A stretch of 28,355 nt of DNA from assembly GCA_030141605.1 (NCBI GenBank), contig JAQGDQ010000916.1:1-28355 (forward strand), written 5' to 3'. The notes under the pieces were generated by a model. The model was given only the letters and a program-made list of their open reading frames with translations, was not told the DNA's origin and made no database searches. Below, piece after piece: positions 1 to 11,450 of this stretch. Origin of the DNA: Tubiluchus corallicola (lineage: Eukaryota; Animalia; Priapulida). Each line of letters opens with the position of its first letter. Positions within the stretch are counted from its first letter, which is position 1. A program made the position numbers and the translations under genes.

Positions 1-300
1 TTTCATTGACGGGTAGCAATCTAATTATATAAAATGACAGTGACTGGACTTCACATTTTAAAAAATAAACTCCACGTTTTTTCGGCTATATTTTCCTCTT
101 TAGCATTTTTAACAATTTCTACAAACGCATTAATAGCATTTCTACTTCTTATTCTGTATATAGCCTTAAGTTGCTTAGATGGGAGTGCAGTTTCAAGTTT
201 CCTTCTGAGTTCGTTTTTTATTAGAGGACAGTTAAACATTATATGTTCTGGCGTTTGGCTGTTTGCATTGCATTTACACATATCAGAAACAGACTTATGG
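1..300 (-). mobile_element. Non-LTR retrotransposon 3' fragment (ORF2 C-terminal CCHC zinc knuckle, R1/I-group-like), left-arm copy
   Basis: ORF 51..281(-) CKCNANSQTPEHIMFNCP fits the C-x-C-x(7)-H-x(4)-C motif at the end of LINE ORF2. Confidence 0.7.
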
Positions 301-384
301 AGTGAACTGTATAAACTAAGTAACTAGCCAGTAGCTACTATATGATCTCAAGTTTACATGCGTAACCAGTGTGATGAGATGACA

Positions 385-585
385 CATGCACGCACACACA
401 CACACTCACACACACACACACATGCACACACACGTACTACACACACGCACGCACACATACTACACACACACATGACACACATGCACACACACGTATTACA
501 CTACATGCACACACATGTCTACACACACACATACACACACGTACTACACATATACATACACGCGCACACATGCACACACACACAT
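385..585. repeat. Degenerate (CA)n microsatellite
   Basis: Directly visible CA-rich run, mirrored at ~9144-9350. Confidence 0.95.
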
Positions 586-1189
586 GGATTTATATATCGC
601 AAATACACATAAAAATCTTAGGTCTGCACTTTTGACAGTATCGTCTGACGTAACGATCATAAACAACAAACCTGCTTTGTATGCGTAAACAGGGCAACTA
701 CTGATAGCTCATAATATTGAAAAATTTCCTTGTTGGAGGACAAAGTCTAAAGTAACGTTCTAGAAAGAAGACAGTGTTGGGTTTAGCAAAACTCCGTTGC
801 AAGAAAAACACCGAGAAACTAAACATTTTATTTTGTGATAAATCTTACTTAAAGATTGTGTTAAGTTCAGGAAGTTGAGATGTTGTAGTTTTTAGCATCT
901 TACTGGCGGGGACAACACTGCACAGCCGTAAAAATCAGTTTAAAATTTAATTCTCGTTACAAATTGATCAGCATTAAATTTTAACTTGTTTTTTTTAATT
1001 AATACAGTTCTTGGATAATCAAAATCTAGTTTTAACTAGTCCGGAATGCGAAGCATTGAGTTGCTCTCTTGTTTTTTTCTGCCCAACTGCCATAATGTGT
1101 CGTTTAAAACAATATTTACCATTGTCATGGTAATATGCTTTTACATTGTTTATGATTTACGATATTTCAATAGAATCTCTCTTCCTTTC

Positions 1190-1530
<341 letters not shown>

Positions 1531-1715
1531 CTCCCTCTTTAGTTGCCATGGAATCCAAATTGGTAAAAATTTAGTACATATTCTTCACCTCACAGAAAAT
1601 GACAAAGTTTTGTCTTTACTTGAACAATGTGCTGAACTGAATAGTTCTATAGTTTTAATCTCCAAGCGGGCAACCCAAAGTAACTGGTTGCAATATCTTA
1701 ACTTGCTGGAAATTT

Positions 1716-1832
1716 CAGAATCTTTCACTGGTGGTGCGTTCACACGTGGGGACTTCTCTCACATCCTGTTGTGCAACTTCACTCTGAGAGTAAGCTTGCA
1801 ACGTGTGAACGTGCCTTTAGGTAAAGATTCTG
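1716..1832. mobile_element. Small hairpin/MITE-like element with ~30-bp terminal inverted repeats (left-arm copy)
   Basis: cagaatctttcactggtggtgcgttcacacgt ... acgtgtgaacgtgcctttaggtaaagattctg. The copy at 7917-8033 is better conserved. Confidence 0.5.
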
Positions 1833-2539
1833 TGGTTTTATTGACGTATTGCAAAAGTAAATATTTAGTTTCATTGTGTCCTTCTTTCATTGAAGTTTTT
1901 TAAGTCTAACACTGCTTTCTGTCTAATGCATTACTTCACAATTTATTCTTCAACTAGGTCATATGTCTCAGTATTATATGTGTTTAATGAGCTGAATAGT
2001 TAGACGTTACGCTGTTTATGTGTACATAGTAGCTTTTTCGTTTATGATTCTTATCAAAAGATACGTGTCAAATATGCAGACCTAAGATTTTTATGTGTGT
2101 TTGTGATATGTTAGTCCGTGTGTGCTCTGCAATTCTATAAATTGATATTAGCGTGAATGGACCAGTTGTAGATGACATAAACGACAATATGTAGAAAACT
2201 AATGGTTCAACAGTGTGCTTTTACCTGTAATAGCTCAGCCTGAATTGTTAGTGTCGTGACTCCGCGAGGAATCTTACGAAAACATCTTAAAATAGCTAAC
2301 GTTATTATATCATCAACCTGACTTAATATCAAATATCCTAATATCAATTCTATTTTTGAATTTTTCAAAATTTTCTCAAGTTCTATGCATTTGCATCAAA
2401 GAATGTGTTTGGTCCTTGTTTATTCTGGTCTCAAATTTGCATTCTCATATAAAGCAAACCATACACTACTGATTAGTGACGACTCGTGTATAGGTACTGT
2501 AGAACTGCAGCGCCCCCTATTTTCAATATTTTCGATAAT

Positions 2540-2898
2540 CATGACCAAATCACGTTGAAAACACCGGTTCTCCTCTGATCACCGAAGTTAAGCAACGTAG
2601 AGCCTGGTTAGTGCTTGGATGGGTGACCGCCTAGGAATACCAGGTGCTGTAGACTTGCGGGATGCCCACACTGTGTCTCGACACTGGGCGGAAGAGCTGT
2701 ACAAGCAGCCAACGGCTAGAGTTCCGGTTGTCTGGACAATTCAGGATCTCCATACGCCTTGCCCAGGCGTGCGCCCTGGAGACGTTCAAGGATCGCACTG
2801 CTCAGCCACAGTCGACGCTGCAGCTCCATCAATGTGATCAATAACTGACTCTCTTGGCGTGCATTCCATTGTCTTCCGAGACAGGATGCCAACAAGCA
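2540..2898 (+). mobile_element. 5S rRNA-derived SINE (SINE3-type) with RTE-LINE-derived tail; 5S head 2540-2656
   Basis: Nearly full-length 5S sequence (gaagttaagcaacgtagagcctggttagtgcttggatgggtgaccgcc...gctgtagactt) with no T4 terminator. The body ends in an RSRIALLSHSRRCS-coding segment followed by ccattgtcttccgagacaggatgccaacaa. TSD: ttttcgataat 2529-2539 and ttatcgataat 2899-2909. Confidence 0.85.
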
Positions 2899-3332
2899 TT
2901 ATCGATAATACTCAGTATAATAAGCATTTTTCTTTAGTTCTTTGTTTATACTTGTACACAACCAGAGCACGTGAGGGTAGTGCTGTTTGCTTCACAGCCC
3001 AGCACAGTGCACTCCAGCAACGCGGTGATTGGCTGTTGTGCGCACGCAGCCATGCACACATGTCTGAGCCCAGGTAGAAAAAGTACTGTCACTCACGCAG
3101 TTTTTGTTGTCAGTTGTCACGTGCTTACCGTGAAAGGATCAAGCTTGAGTTGTGTAAATTTAGGTTATTTGTAAGCAAAAATGTTTTTTGTTTAGCATTT
3201 CATCAAGTTTATGCTTGTTTGTTTAAAATTATATTTACAACGTTAAAATTATGTATGTTTGTTAGGTTTTACAAAGAATTAAATTGGTCGTTTCTCTTTT
3301 CTTGTTTTCTTTTGGTCGTTTTTTCTCCTCTT

Positions 3333-4159
3333 TTCCTTCTTCCTATCCCTAATCTTACTATTTTTTCATTCCATCATGTCTACTAACCCTAACCATTCTT
3401 TCATTCACTCATCCTCCCCTCCCTTCCTTCTTCTCCTAATCTTACATTTTCCATTCCTTGTCTACTAACCTAACCATTCTTTCATTCACTCATCCTCCCC
3501 CCCTTCCTTCTTCCTATCCCTAATCTTACTACTTTTTCCATTCCATCATGTCTACTAAACCTAACCATTCTTTCATTCACTCATCCTACCCTCCCTTCCT
3601 TCTTCCTATCTTACTACTTTTTCCATTCCATCATTTCTACTAAACCTAACCATTCTTTCATTCACTCATCCTCCCCTCCCTTCCTTCTTCCTATCCCTAA
3701 TCTTACTACTTTTTCCATTCCATCATTTCTACTAAACCTAACCATTCTTTCATTCACTCATCCTCCCCTCCCTTCCTTCTTCCTATCCCTAATCTTACTA
3801 TTTTTTTCATTCCATCATGTCTACTAACCCTAACCATTCTTTCATTCACTCATCCTCCCCTCCCTTCCTTCTTCCTATCCCTAATCTTACTATTTTTTCC
3901 ATTCCATCATGTCTACTAACCCTAACCATTCTTTCATTCACTCATCCTCCCCTCCCTTCCTTCTTCCTATCCCTAATCTTACTATTTTTTCCATTCCATC
4001 ATGTCTACTAACTTTCCTAACCATTCTTTCATTCTCATCCTCCTTCCTTCTTCACCTAATCTTACTATTTCATTCCATCATGTCTACTAACCTAACCATT
4101 CTTTCATTCACTCATCCTCCCCTCCTTCCTTCTTCCTATCCCTAATCTTACTATTTTTC
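3333..4159 (+). repeat. 92-bp minisatellite, ~9 copies, pyrimidine-rich strand
   Basis: Unit ccattccatcatgtctactaaccctaaccattctttcattcactcatcctcccctcccttccttcttcctatccctaatcttactatttttt. Several copies have small deletions. Confidence 0.95.
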
Positions 4160-4382
4160 AAGTTTTGTATAAAAATTTAATTTACTGTAGGTTTATTTCA
4201 ACATTAATATCATAATTACTTTCACATTAGTTAACTTATGTGAATTAAAGCTATCATTTCATACGTCGAAGGCACTGTGTAATTGCTATTTCAATTAGTC
4301 AGTATTGTGGATATAACTTCCTCAGTATTTTCAATACAACTATTACCAGGTAAGCTAGTTCTCAGTGACAGGTTTTATACAA

Positions 4383-4610
4383 TGTGGTTGGTTACATTGT
4401 TACACAAGTGCGGTTGGTTACATTGTTACACAAGTGCGGTTGGTTACATTGTTACACAAGTGCAGTTGGTTACATTGTTACACAATTGCGGTTGGTTACA
4501 TTGTTACACAAGTGCGGTTGGTTACATTGTGACACAAGTGCGGTTGGTTACATTGTTACACAATTGTGGTTGTTACCTTGTTACACAAGTGCGGTTGGTT
4601 ACCTTGTTAC
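4383..4610. repeat. 26-bp minisatellite, ~9 copies
   Basis: Unit gttacattgttacacaagtgcggttg. The last unit is interrupted by the LTR and resumes at 4977 (gttacacaag). Confidence 0.95.
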
Positions 4611-4976
4611 TGTTGCGGAGATCGCTGGCATCTATTAGAATTACATAGAACATTGTAGAATGTTCCATTAGAATAATCGTCTTACCTTGTAGAATGTTCT
4701 AGAAAGAAACGTCTAGGATGTTCCCTAACACCCTATATAAGGCAAAGCAGGCCGCTGAGACACGCAGATCTCACATGGACGCACACTTACACATTCATTT
4801 GCATACTTGTATTTTCAGATACACTTAAACGTTTTCCACATTTTCACGTTTACTGTAACATTTCGCGTTCCTTCATACTTTTGTGTTGTAGAATTCTCGC
4901 TTAATAAACTAGTTTAATTTGACGAAGTGTTTTCTGGTTTTCTCTACGAGCCTTCCGAGAGAAACAAAACACAACA
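4611..4976 (+). mobile_element. Solo LTR (366 bp) of an LTR retrotransposon (5-bp TSD, BEL/Pao- or Copia-like)
   Basis: TGTTG...CAACA termini, perfect 5-bp TSD GTTAC (4606-4610, 4977-4981), TATATAA at 4734-4740, AATAAA at 4903-4908. Confidence 0.88.
4648..4740 (+). promoter_or_regulatory. Heat-shock-element cluster plus TATA box in LTR U3
   Basis: Perfect GAAtgTTCtaGAA at 4692-4704. Near-perfect GAAcaTTGtaGAAtgTTC at 4648-4665. Degenerate array at 4706-4723. TATA at 4734. Confidence 0.6.
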
Positions 4977-5230
4977 GTTACACAAGAGCCTCTATACTTA
5001 AACAGAGTGGCCATATGTTATTCAGTACAGAAAAGAATGGTGGATTGTTGCGTCAACCGATCATAACTGTTTAAAAAATTGTCGTTGTTTATGGCATGTG
5101 TTTTACTTAAGCGGTTGCTGGCTGTTATTTTTACTTTAAGAATCCGTTTTCCTCTCACTAAAAAGGATAGCAGACTAGGTGACTTTATAGTCCTTCTCTA
5201 GTCTTAGTCTATCTATTCATTGTAACCATT

Positions 5231-5409
5231 CAATCAATCAATCAATCAATTTATTTCACTCCAGCAATACATGTACAATACATCAACATACAATATTATT
5301 GAAACAAAAAGAAACAGTATAGGTAAAAAAACGTTGATGAAGTCAAATTAACCAAATAAAAGAGTTGCTGTATGACACCTTGAAAGCTTGGCTTGTTAAG
5401 GTGGCACAA
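5231..5409 (-). mobile_element. CR1/L2-type LINE 3' terminus, contiguous with the 92-bp array
   Basis: The minus strand has a stem-loop caccttaacaagccaagctttcaaggtg, then AATAAA and a (TTGA)n tail (caat repeats 5231-5250 on plus). Confidence 0.6.
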
Positions 5410-6412
5410 ATGAGTGAATGAAAGAATGGTTAGGGTTAGTAGACATGATGGAACGGAAAAAAATAGTAAGATTGGGGATAGGAAGAAGGAAGGGAGGGGA
5501 GGATGAGTGAATAAAAGAATGGTTAGGGTTAGTAGACATGATGGAATGGAAAAAATAGTAAGATTAGGGATAGGAAGAAGGAAGGGAGAGGAGGATGAGT
5601 GAATGAAAGAATGGTTAGGGTTAGTAGACATGATGGAATGGAAAAAATAGTAAGATTAGGGATAGGAAGAAGGAAGGGAGGGGAGGATGAGTGAATAAAA
5701 GAATGGTTAGGGTTAGTAGACATGATGGAATGGAAAAAATAGTAAGATTAGGGATAGGAAGAAGGAAGGGAGGGGAGGATGAGTGAATGAAAGAATGGTT
5801 AGGGTTAGTAGACATGATGGAATGGAAAAATAGTAAGATTAGGGATAGGAAGAAGGAAGGGAGGGGATGATGAGTGAATAAAAGAATGGTTAGGGTTAGT
5901 AGACATGATGGAATGGAAAAAAATAGTAAGATTAGGGATAGGAAGAAGGAAGGGAGGGAAGGATGAGTGAATGAAAGCATGGTTAGGGTTGGTAGACATG
6001 ATGGAATGGAAAAAATAGTAAGATTAGGGATAGGTAGAAGGAAGGGAGGGGAGGATGAGTGAATAAAAGAATGGTTAGGGTTAGTAGACATGATGGAATG
6101 GAAAAAATAGTAGGATTAGGGATAGGAAGAAGGAAGGGAGGGGAGGATGAGTGAATAAAAGAATGGTTAGGGTTAGTAGACATGATGGAATGGAAAAAAT
6201 AGTAAGATTAGGGATAGGAAGAAGGAAGGGAGGGGAGGATGAGTGAATAAAAGAATGGTTAGGGTTAGTAGACATGATGGAATGGAAAAAATAGTAAGAT
6301 TAGGGATAGGAAGAAGGAAGGGAGGGGAGAATGAGTGAATAAAAGAATGGTTAGGGTTAGTAGACATGATGGAATGGAAAAAAATAGTAAGATTAGGGAT
6401 AGGAAGAAGGAA
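5410..6412 (-). repeat. 92-bp minisatellite, ~11 copies, purine-rich on plus strand
   Basis: Period of 92 bp seen from repeated ORF starts (5631, 5723; 6091, 6183, 6275). Confidence 0.95.
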
Positions 6413-6846
6413 AAGAGGAGAAAAAACGACCAAAAGAAAACAAGAAAAGAGAAACGACCAATTTAATTCTTTGTAAAACCTAACAAACATACATAATTTT
6501 AACGTTGTAAATATAATTTTAAACAAACAAGCATAAACTTGATGAAATGCTAAACAAAAAACATTTTTGCTTACAAATAACCTAAATTTACACAACTCAA
6601 GCTTGATCCTTTCACGGTAAGCACGTGACAACTGACAACAAAAACTGCGTGAGTGACAGTACTTTTTCTACCTGGGCTCAGACATGTGTGCATGGCTGCG
6701 TGCGCACAACAGCCAATCACCGCGTTGCTGGAGTGCACTGTGCTGGGCTGTGAAGCAAACAGCACTACCCTCACGTGCTCTGGTTGTGTACAAGTATAAA
6801 CAAAGAACTAAAGAAAAATGCTTATTATACTGAGTATTATCGATAA

Positions 6847-7205
6847 TGCTTGTTGGCATCCTGTCTCGGAAGACAATGGAATGCACGCCAAGAGAGTCAG
6901 TTATTGATCACATTGATGGAGCTGCAGCGTCGACTGTGGCTGAGCAGTGCGATCCTTGAACGTCTCCAGGGCGCACGCCTGGGCAAGGCGTATGGAGATC
7001 CTGAATTGTCCAGACAACCGGAACTCTAGCCGTTGGCTGCTTGTACAGCTCTTCCGCCCAGTGTCGAGACACAGTGTGGGCATCCCGCAAGTCTACAGCA
7101 CCTGGTATTCCTAGGCGGTCACCCATCCAAGCACTAACCAGGCTCTACGTTGCTTAACTTCGGTGATCAGAGGAGAACCGGTGTTTTCAACGTGATTTGG
7201 CCGTG
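6847..7205 (-). mobile_element. 5S-derived SINE with RTE tail, right-arm copy; 5S head 7089-7205
   Basis: Mirror of 2540-2898, with a perfect 11-bp TSD attatcgataa at 6836-6846 and 7206-7216. Confidence 0.87.
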
Positions 7206-7916
7206 ATTATCGATAACATTGAATGAAAATAGGGGGCGCTGCAGTTCTACAGTACCTATACACGAGTCGTCACTGATCAGTAGTGTATGGTTTGCTTTAT
7301 ATGAGAATGCAAATTTGAGACCAGAATAAACAAGGACCCAACACATTCTTTGATGCAAATACGTAGAACTTGAGAAAATTTTGAAAAATTCAAAAATAGA
7401 ATTGATATTAGGATATTTGATATTAAGTCAGGTTGATGATATAATAACGTTAGCTATTTTAAGATGTTTTCGTAAGATTCCTCGCGGAGTCACGACACTA
7501 ACAATTCAGGCTGAGCTATTACAGGTAAAAGCACACTGTTGAACCATTAGTTTTCTACATATTGTCGTTTATGTCATCTACAACTGGTCCATTCACGCTA
7601 ATATCAATTTATAGAATTGCAGAGCACACACAGATTAACATATCACAAACACACATAAAAATCTTAGGTCTGCATATTTGACACGTACCTCTTGATAAGA
7701 ATCATAAACGAAAAAGCTACTATGTACACATAAACAGCATAACGTCTAACTATTCAGCTCATTAAACACATATAATATTGACACATATGACCTAGTTGAA
7801 GAATAAACTGTGAAGTAATGTATTAGACAGAAAGCAGTGTTAGACTTAAAAAACTTCAACGAAAGAAGGACACAATGAAACTAAATATTTACTTTTGCAA
7901 TACGTCAATAAAACCA

Positions 7917-8033
7917 CAGAATCTTTAACTAAAGGCACGTTCACACGTTGCAAACTTGCTCTCGGAGTGAAGTTGCGCAACAGGTTGTGAGAGAAGTCCC
8001 TACGTGTGAACGTGCCACTAGTTAAAGATTCTG
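7917..8033. mobile_element. Small hairpin/MITE-like element (core TIR GGCACGTTCACACGT), right-arm copy
   Basis: cagaatctttaactaaaggcacgttcacacgt ... acgtgtgaacgtgccactagttaaagattctg. Confidence 0.55.
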
Positions 8034-8209
8034 AGATTTTCAGCAAGTTAAGATATTGCAACCAGTTACTTTACAGTTGCCTGTTTGGAGATTAAAACTA
8101 TAGAACTATTCAGATCAGCACATTGCTCAAGTGATGCAAAACTTGGAGATTTTTTGTGAGGTGAAGAATATGTACTAAATTTTCACCAATTTGAATTCCA
8201 TGGCAAGTA

Positions 8210-8301
8210 AAAAGAGAGTGAGAAAGAGAGAGAGGGAGAGCGAGAGAGAGAGAGAGAGAGGGAGAGAGAGACAGAGAGAGAAGAGAGAGGAAGAGAGAGA
8301 G

Positions 8302-8346
<45 letters not shown>

Positions 8347-8555
8347 GGGAGAGACAGAGATAGAGATAAGAGAGAAAGACAGAGACACAGAAGAGAAGGG
8401 GAGAGAGAGTAAGTTAGTGAGAGGGAGAGAGAAAGAGGGGGGAGAAAGAAAGAGGGGGGAGAAAGAAAGAGAGAGAAGAGTCAGGAAGAAACAGAGAGAG
8501 GAGAGAGAAAAAGAGAAGGGGAGAGGTAGAGAGAGAGGGACAGAAAGGAAGAGAG
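8210..8555. repeat. (AG)n polypurine microsatellite
   Basis: Directly visible. Confidence 0.95.
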
Positions 8556-9143
8556 ATTCTATTGAAATATCGTAAATCATAAACAATGTAAAAGCATATT
8601 ACCATGACGATGGTAAACAATGTTTTAAACGACACATTATGACAGTTAAGCAGAAAAAAAAACAAGAGAGCAACTCAATGCTTTGCATTCTGGACTAGTT
8701 AAAACTAGATTTTGATTATCCAAGAACTGGATTAATTTTAAAAAAGTCAAGTTAAGATTTGATGCTGATCAATTTGTAACGAGAATTAAATTTTACATTG
8801 ATTTTTTGGCTGTGAGATGCTAAAAACTACAACATCTTAACTTGCTGAAAATAACACAATCTTTAAGTAAGATTTATTGCAAAATAAAATGTTTAGTTTA
8901 TCTGCGTTGTTCTTGCAATGGAGTTTTGCTAAGTCTAACACTGTCTTCTTTCTAGAACGTTACTTTAGACTTTCTCCTCCAACAAGGAAATTTTTCAATA
9001 TTTGTACTTGTACTGATGAGCTATCAGTAGTTGTGCTGTTTACGCATACAAAGCAGGTTTGTTGTTTATGATCGTTACGTCAGACGATACTGTCAAAAGT
9101 GCAGACCTAAGATTTTTATGTGTATTTGCGATATATAAATCCG

Positions 9144-9350
9144 CGTGTGTGTGTGTGTGTGTGTGTATGTGTGTGTGTGTGTAGTACGTGTGTGTGTGTG
9201 TGTGTGTAGTACGTGTGTGTGTGTGTGAGTGTAGTACGTGTGTGTGCATGTGTGTGCATTTGTGTGTGTGTGTGTGTGTAGTATGTGTGCGTGCGTGTGT
9301 GTAGTACGTGTGTGTGCATGTGTGTGTGTGTGTGAGTGTGTGTGTGTGCG
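9144..9350. repeat. Degenerate (TG)n microsatellite
   Basis: Directly visible. Confidence 0.95.
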
Positions 9351-9439
9351 TGCATGTGTCATCTCATCACACTGGTTACGCATGTAAACTTGAGATCATA
9401 TAGTAGCTACCGGCTAGTTACTTAGTTTATACAGTTCAC

Positions 9440-10015
9440 TCTATAAGTCAGTTTCTGATATGTGTAAATGCAATGCAAACAGCCAAACGTCAGAACATAT
9501 AATTTTTAACTGTCCTCTAATAAAAGACGAACTCAGAAGGAAACTTGAAACTGCACTTCCATCTAGGCAACTTAAGGACATATACAGAATAAGAAGTAGA
9601 AATGCTATTGATGCATTTGTAGAAATTGTTAAAAATGCTAAAGAGGAAAATATGGCCGAAAAAACGTGGAGTTTATTTTTAAAAATGTGAAATCCAGTTA
9701 CTGTCATTTTATATAATTAGATTGCTACCCGTCAATGAAAATATAAAAGTAAGAGGTATTCATAAAATTAGGTAAATATAAATTTAAATGTAAATCTAGC
9801 TTTGTTCCTTGTAGTTGTTGATCTGTTTTTGTATATAAGTGTTTTACTGTTATCATAGTCACCAGTGATATTAGAAGGGATAATTGTAATTATTTTCTAA
9901 CTTATTATAATAATGCTCATACTGGTCCATGCAAATAGAGGGAATTTATGTATATTATGTATGTATTTATGTTAATATATATATAATAAAATAGAGTTAT
10001 AATAATAATAATAAC
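9440..10015 (+). mobile_element. 5'-truncated LINE: ORF2 C-terminal CCHC knuckle, 3' UTR and (TAA)n tail
   Basis: ORF 9460..9690 CKCNANSQTSEHIIFNCP, followed by an AT-rich UTR ending in aataaa (~9985) and taataataataataa (~9999-10014). Confidence 0.7.
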
Positions 10016-10198
10016 AATCTATAAGTCAAAAAAAGATTACTGAAGCTCCTGGTAGAGTAAGTATTTATATTGCACAGAAACCGGATAACGTTATTTTTCG
10101 TTTAAAAATGTGCGCGCCTAGGCAAAAAGGAACTGCGACTTTAAATTGGCTTTAGTAATTAAACGAGATGTGCTTATCACAATTTTATTGCTGAAACA

Positions 10199-10452
10199 GA
10201 CCAGACGGTTTAGTCTAGTGGTAATGCGTCTGCTTTCCGTCTGGGAGGTCGTGAGTTCGAACCAGCGGCCGGGTCATACCAAAGACTTTAAAAATGGTAC
10301 CTGCTGTTGCCCTGCCTGACACGTGGTATTTAGGGTAAAAGTGGGGCAATAATAGTCTCTGTTATGTAGTTGTAGGTTGTTATTTACAGTCGGCGATAAT
10401 AGCTCTTTGAGCTAATGTTAATTGTTGACGCAAAAGCAAACTTTAAATAAAG

Positions 10453-10505
<53 letters not shown>
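10199..10505 (+). mobile_element. tRNA-derived SINE with Meta-like central domain and (TTA)n tail
   Basis: A box TAGTCTAGTGG at 10211-10221 and B box GAGTTCGAACC at 10253-10263. Central gggtcataccaaagactttaaaaatggtacctgctg recalls the MetaSINE domain. (TTA)n at 10454-10503. The head is repeated at 24593. Confidence 0.85.
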
Positions 10506-10507
<2 letters not shown>

Positions 10508-11394
10508 TAACTCTGTACCATTTTCCCCAAATATTAGAATAAGCTCAACTTTCCAAGAGACTTGACTTTTCCTTTAAGCATTCATGAAAATAATAAATTT
10601 TGCATTTTTGTGAATTTTGTTTGTTTTGATTCACACTGGGTATACAACACAAGGAGATGAATAAATTGTCTATCTATCTTGTGAATTGTCGAGCACGGTG
10701 CTACGAATACGATACACAATTTTATCGGTATGATGACGATTCTTTGTTTGAAAAATCAGTACGATGACGATAATGCAGCCGAAATTCGACTCTCGAGTTT
10801 CTGAAGACTCCAAAAACCTGCATTTGTATTTGTCGTTCTGTATTCCTTACTCCTTTCATAACATATTCCTTGCAAAATATTATAACTATATGTATACAAA
10901 ATTTCTCTCCATTAACACAAACTATTTTATAATTATTAATTACACTCCTGCAAAAATGAGAATATAATCACCTCTCAAAAAATAAAACTATAATATGTAA
11001 ACCTACTCCCATGACCTTCTTTCTCCAAACTGTTTTTAGCGCTATCCTGTTCTTACTGACCTACCTAACTTTTCCTTTTTCACATTTATTAAATAATTCT
11101 TTTCTCTCTAGTACAAACTACATTACTAACAATTGCCAGGTGCCACAAAGCTGGTCGGCCGCTGCTTAGCGATATACTTCAGTACAACCTAAAGACATGT
11201 GCTCGTACCTAGCATAACCACTTTGGTTATCGCATTTCAAGGACCAATTTTTACATTGGTTTTCATAAACAAATTTTCGCATCGATTCGATACTGTATCG
11301 TTTCACATCACTAATGGTAGACATAGACGTAGAACATTTATTCTCTCCAATTAGTTTAACATCAAAGGTTTTTTTAAATATCCAGTAATTATAA

Positions 11395-11450
11395 TCATGG
11401 AGCAGGGCAGGGAAGGACCATAGGGTCATCTAGTCTCCTGCCCTTTCTTA
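11395..11450 (-). mobile_element. CR1-type LINE 3' hairpin remnant
   Basis: Minus strand gggcaggagactagatgaccctatggtccttccctgccc resembles the CR1 3' motif GACTAGATGA...GGTCCTTCC. Confidence 0.5.

Larger units (their letters stand above)
5410..9740 (-). repeat. Right arm of the inverted duplication
   Basis: Reverse complement of 1-4159, with a longer minisatellite array. Confidence 0.97.

Noticed and set aside
2537-2656. Functional 5S rRNA genes (also 7089-7208 and 26190-26309)
   Set aside because: The first nucleotides are missing, there is no oligo-T terminator, and the copies are not in a tandem array. They share a non-5S body, and the two palindrome copies are bounded by a TSD, so these are SINE heads.
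2619-3386. Short ORFs conserved identically on both strands
   Set aside because: The identity reflects the palindrome. They overlap SINE and non-coding repeat sequence.
3333-6412. Telomere-fusion scar suggested by CCCTAA/TTAGGG motifs in opposed arrays
   Set aside because: The motif is only a small part of a 92-bp unit, and the orientation (CCCTAA left, TTAGGG right) is opposite to an end-to-end fusion.
10199-10275. Genuine tRNA genes (also 23791 and 24593)
   Set aside because: A/B boxes are present, but acceptor/anticodon pairing is poor and there is no terminator. At 10199 the head continues into a SINE body and tail.
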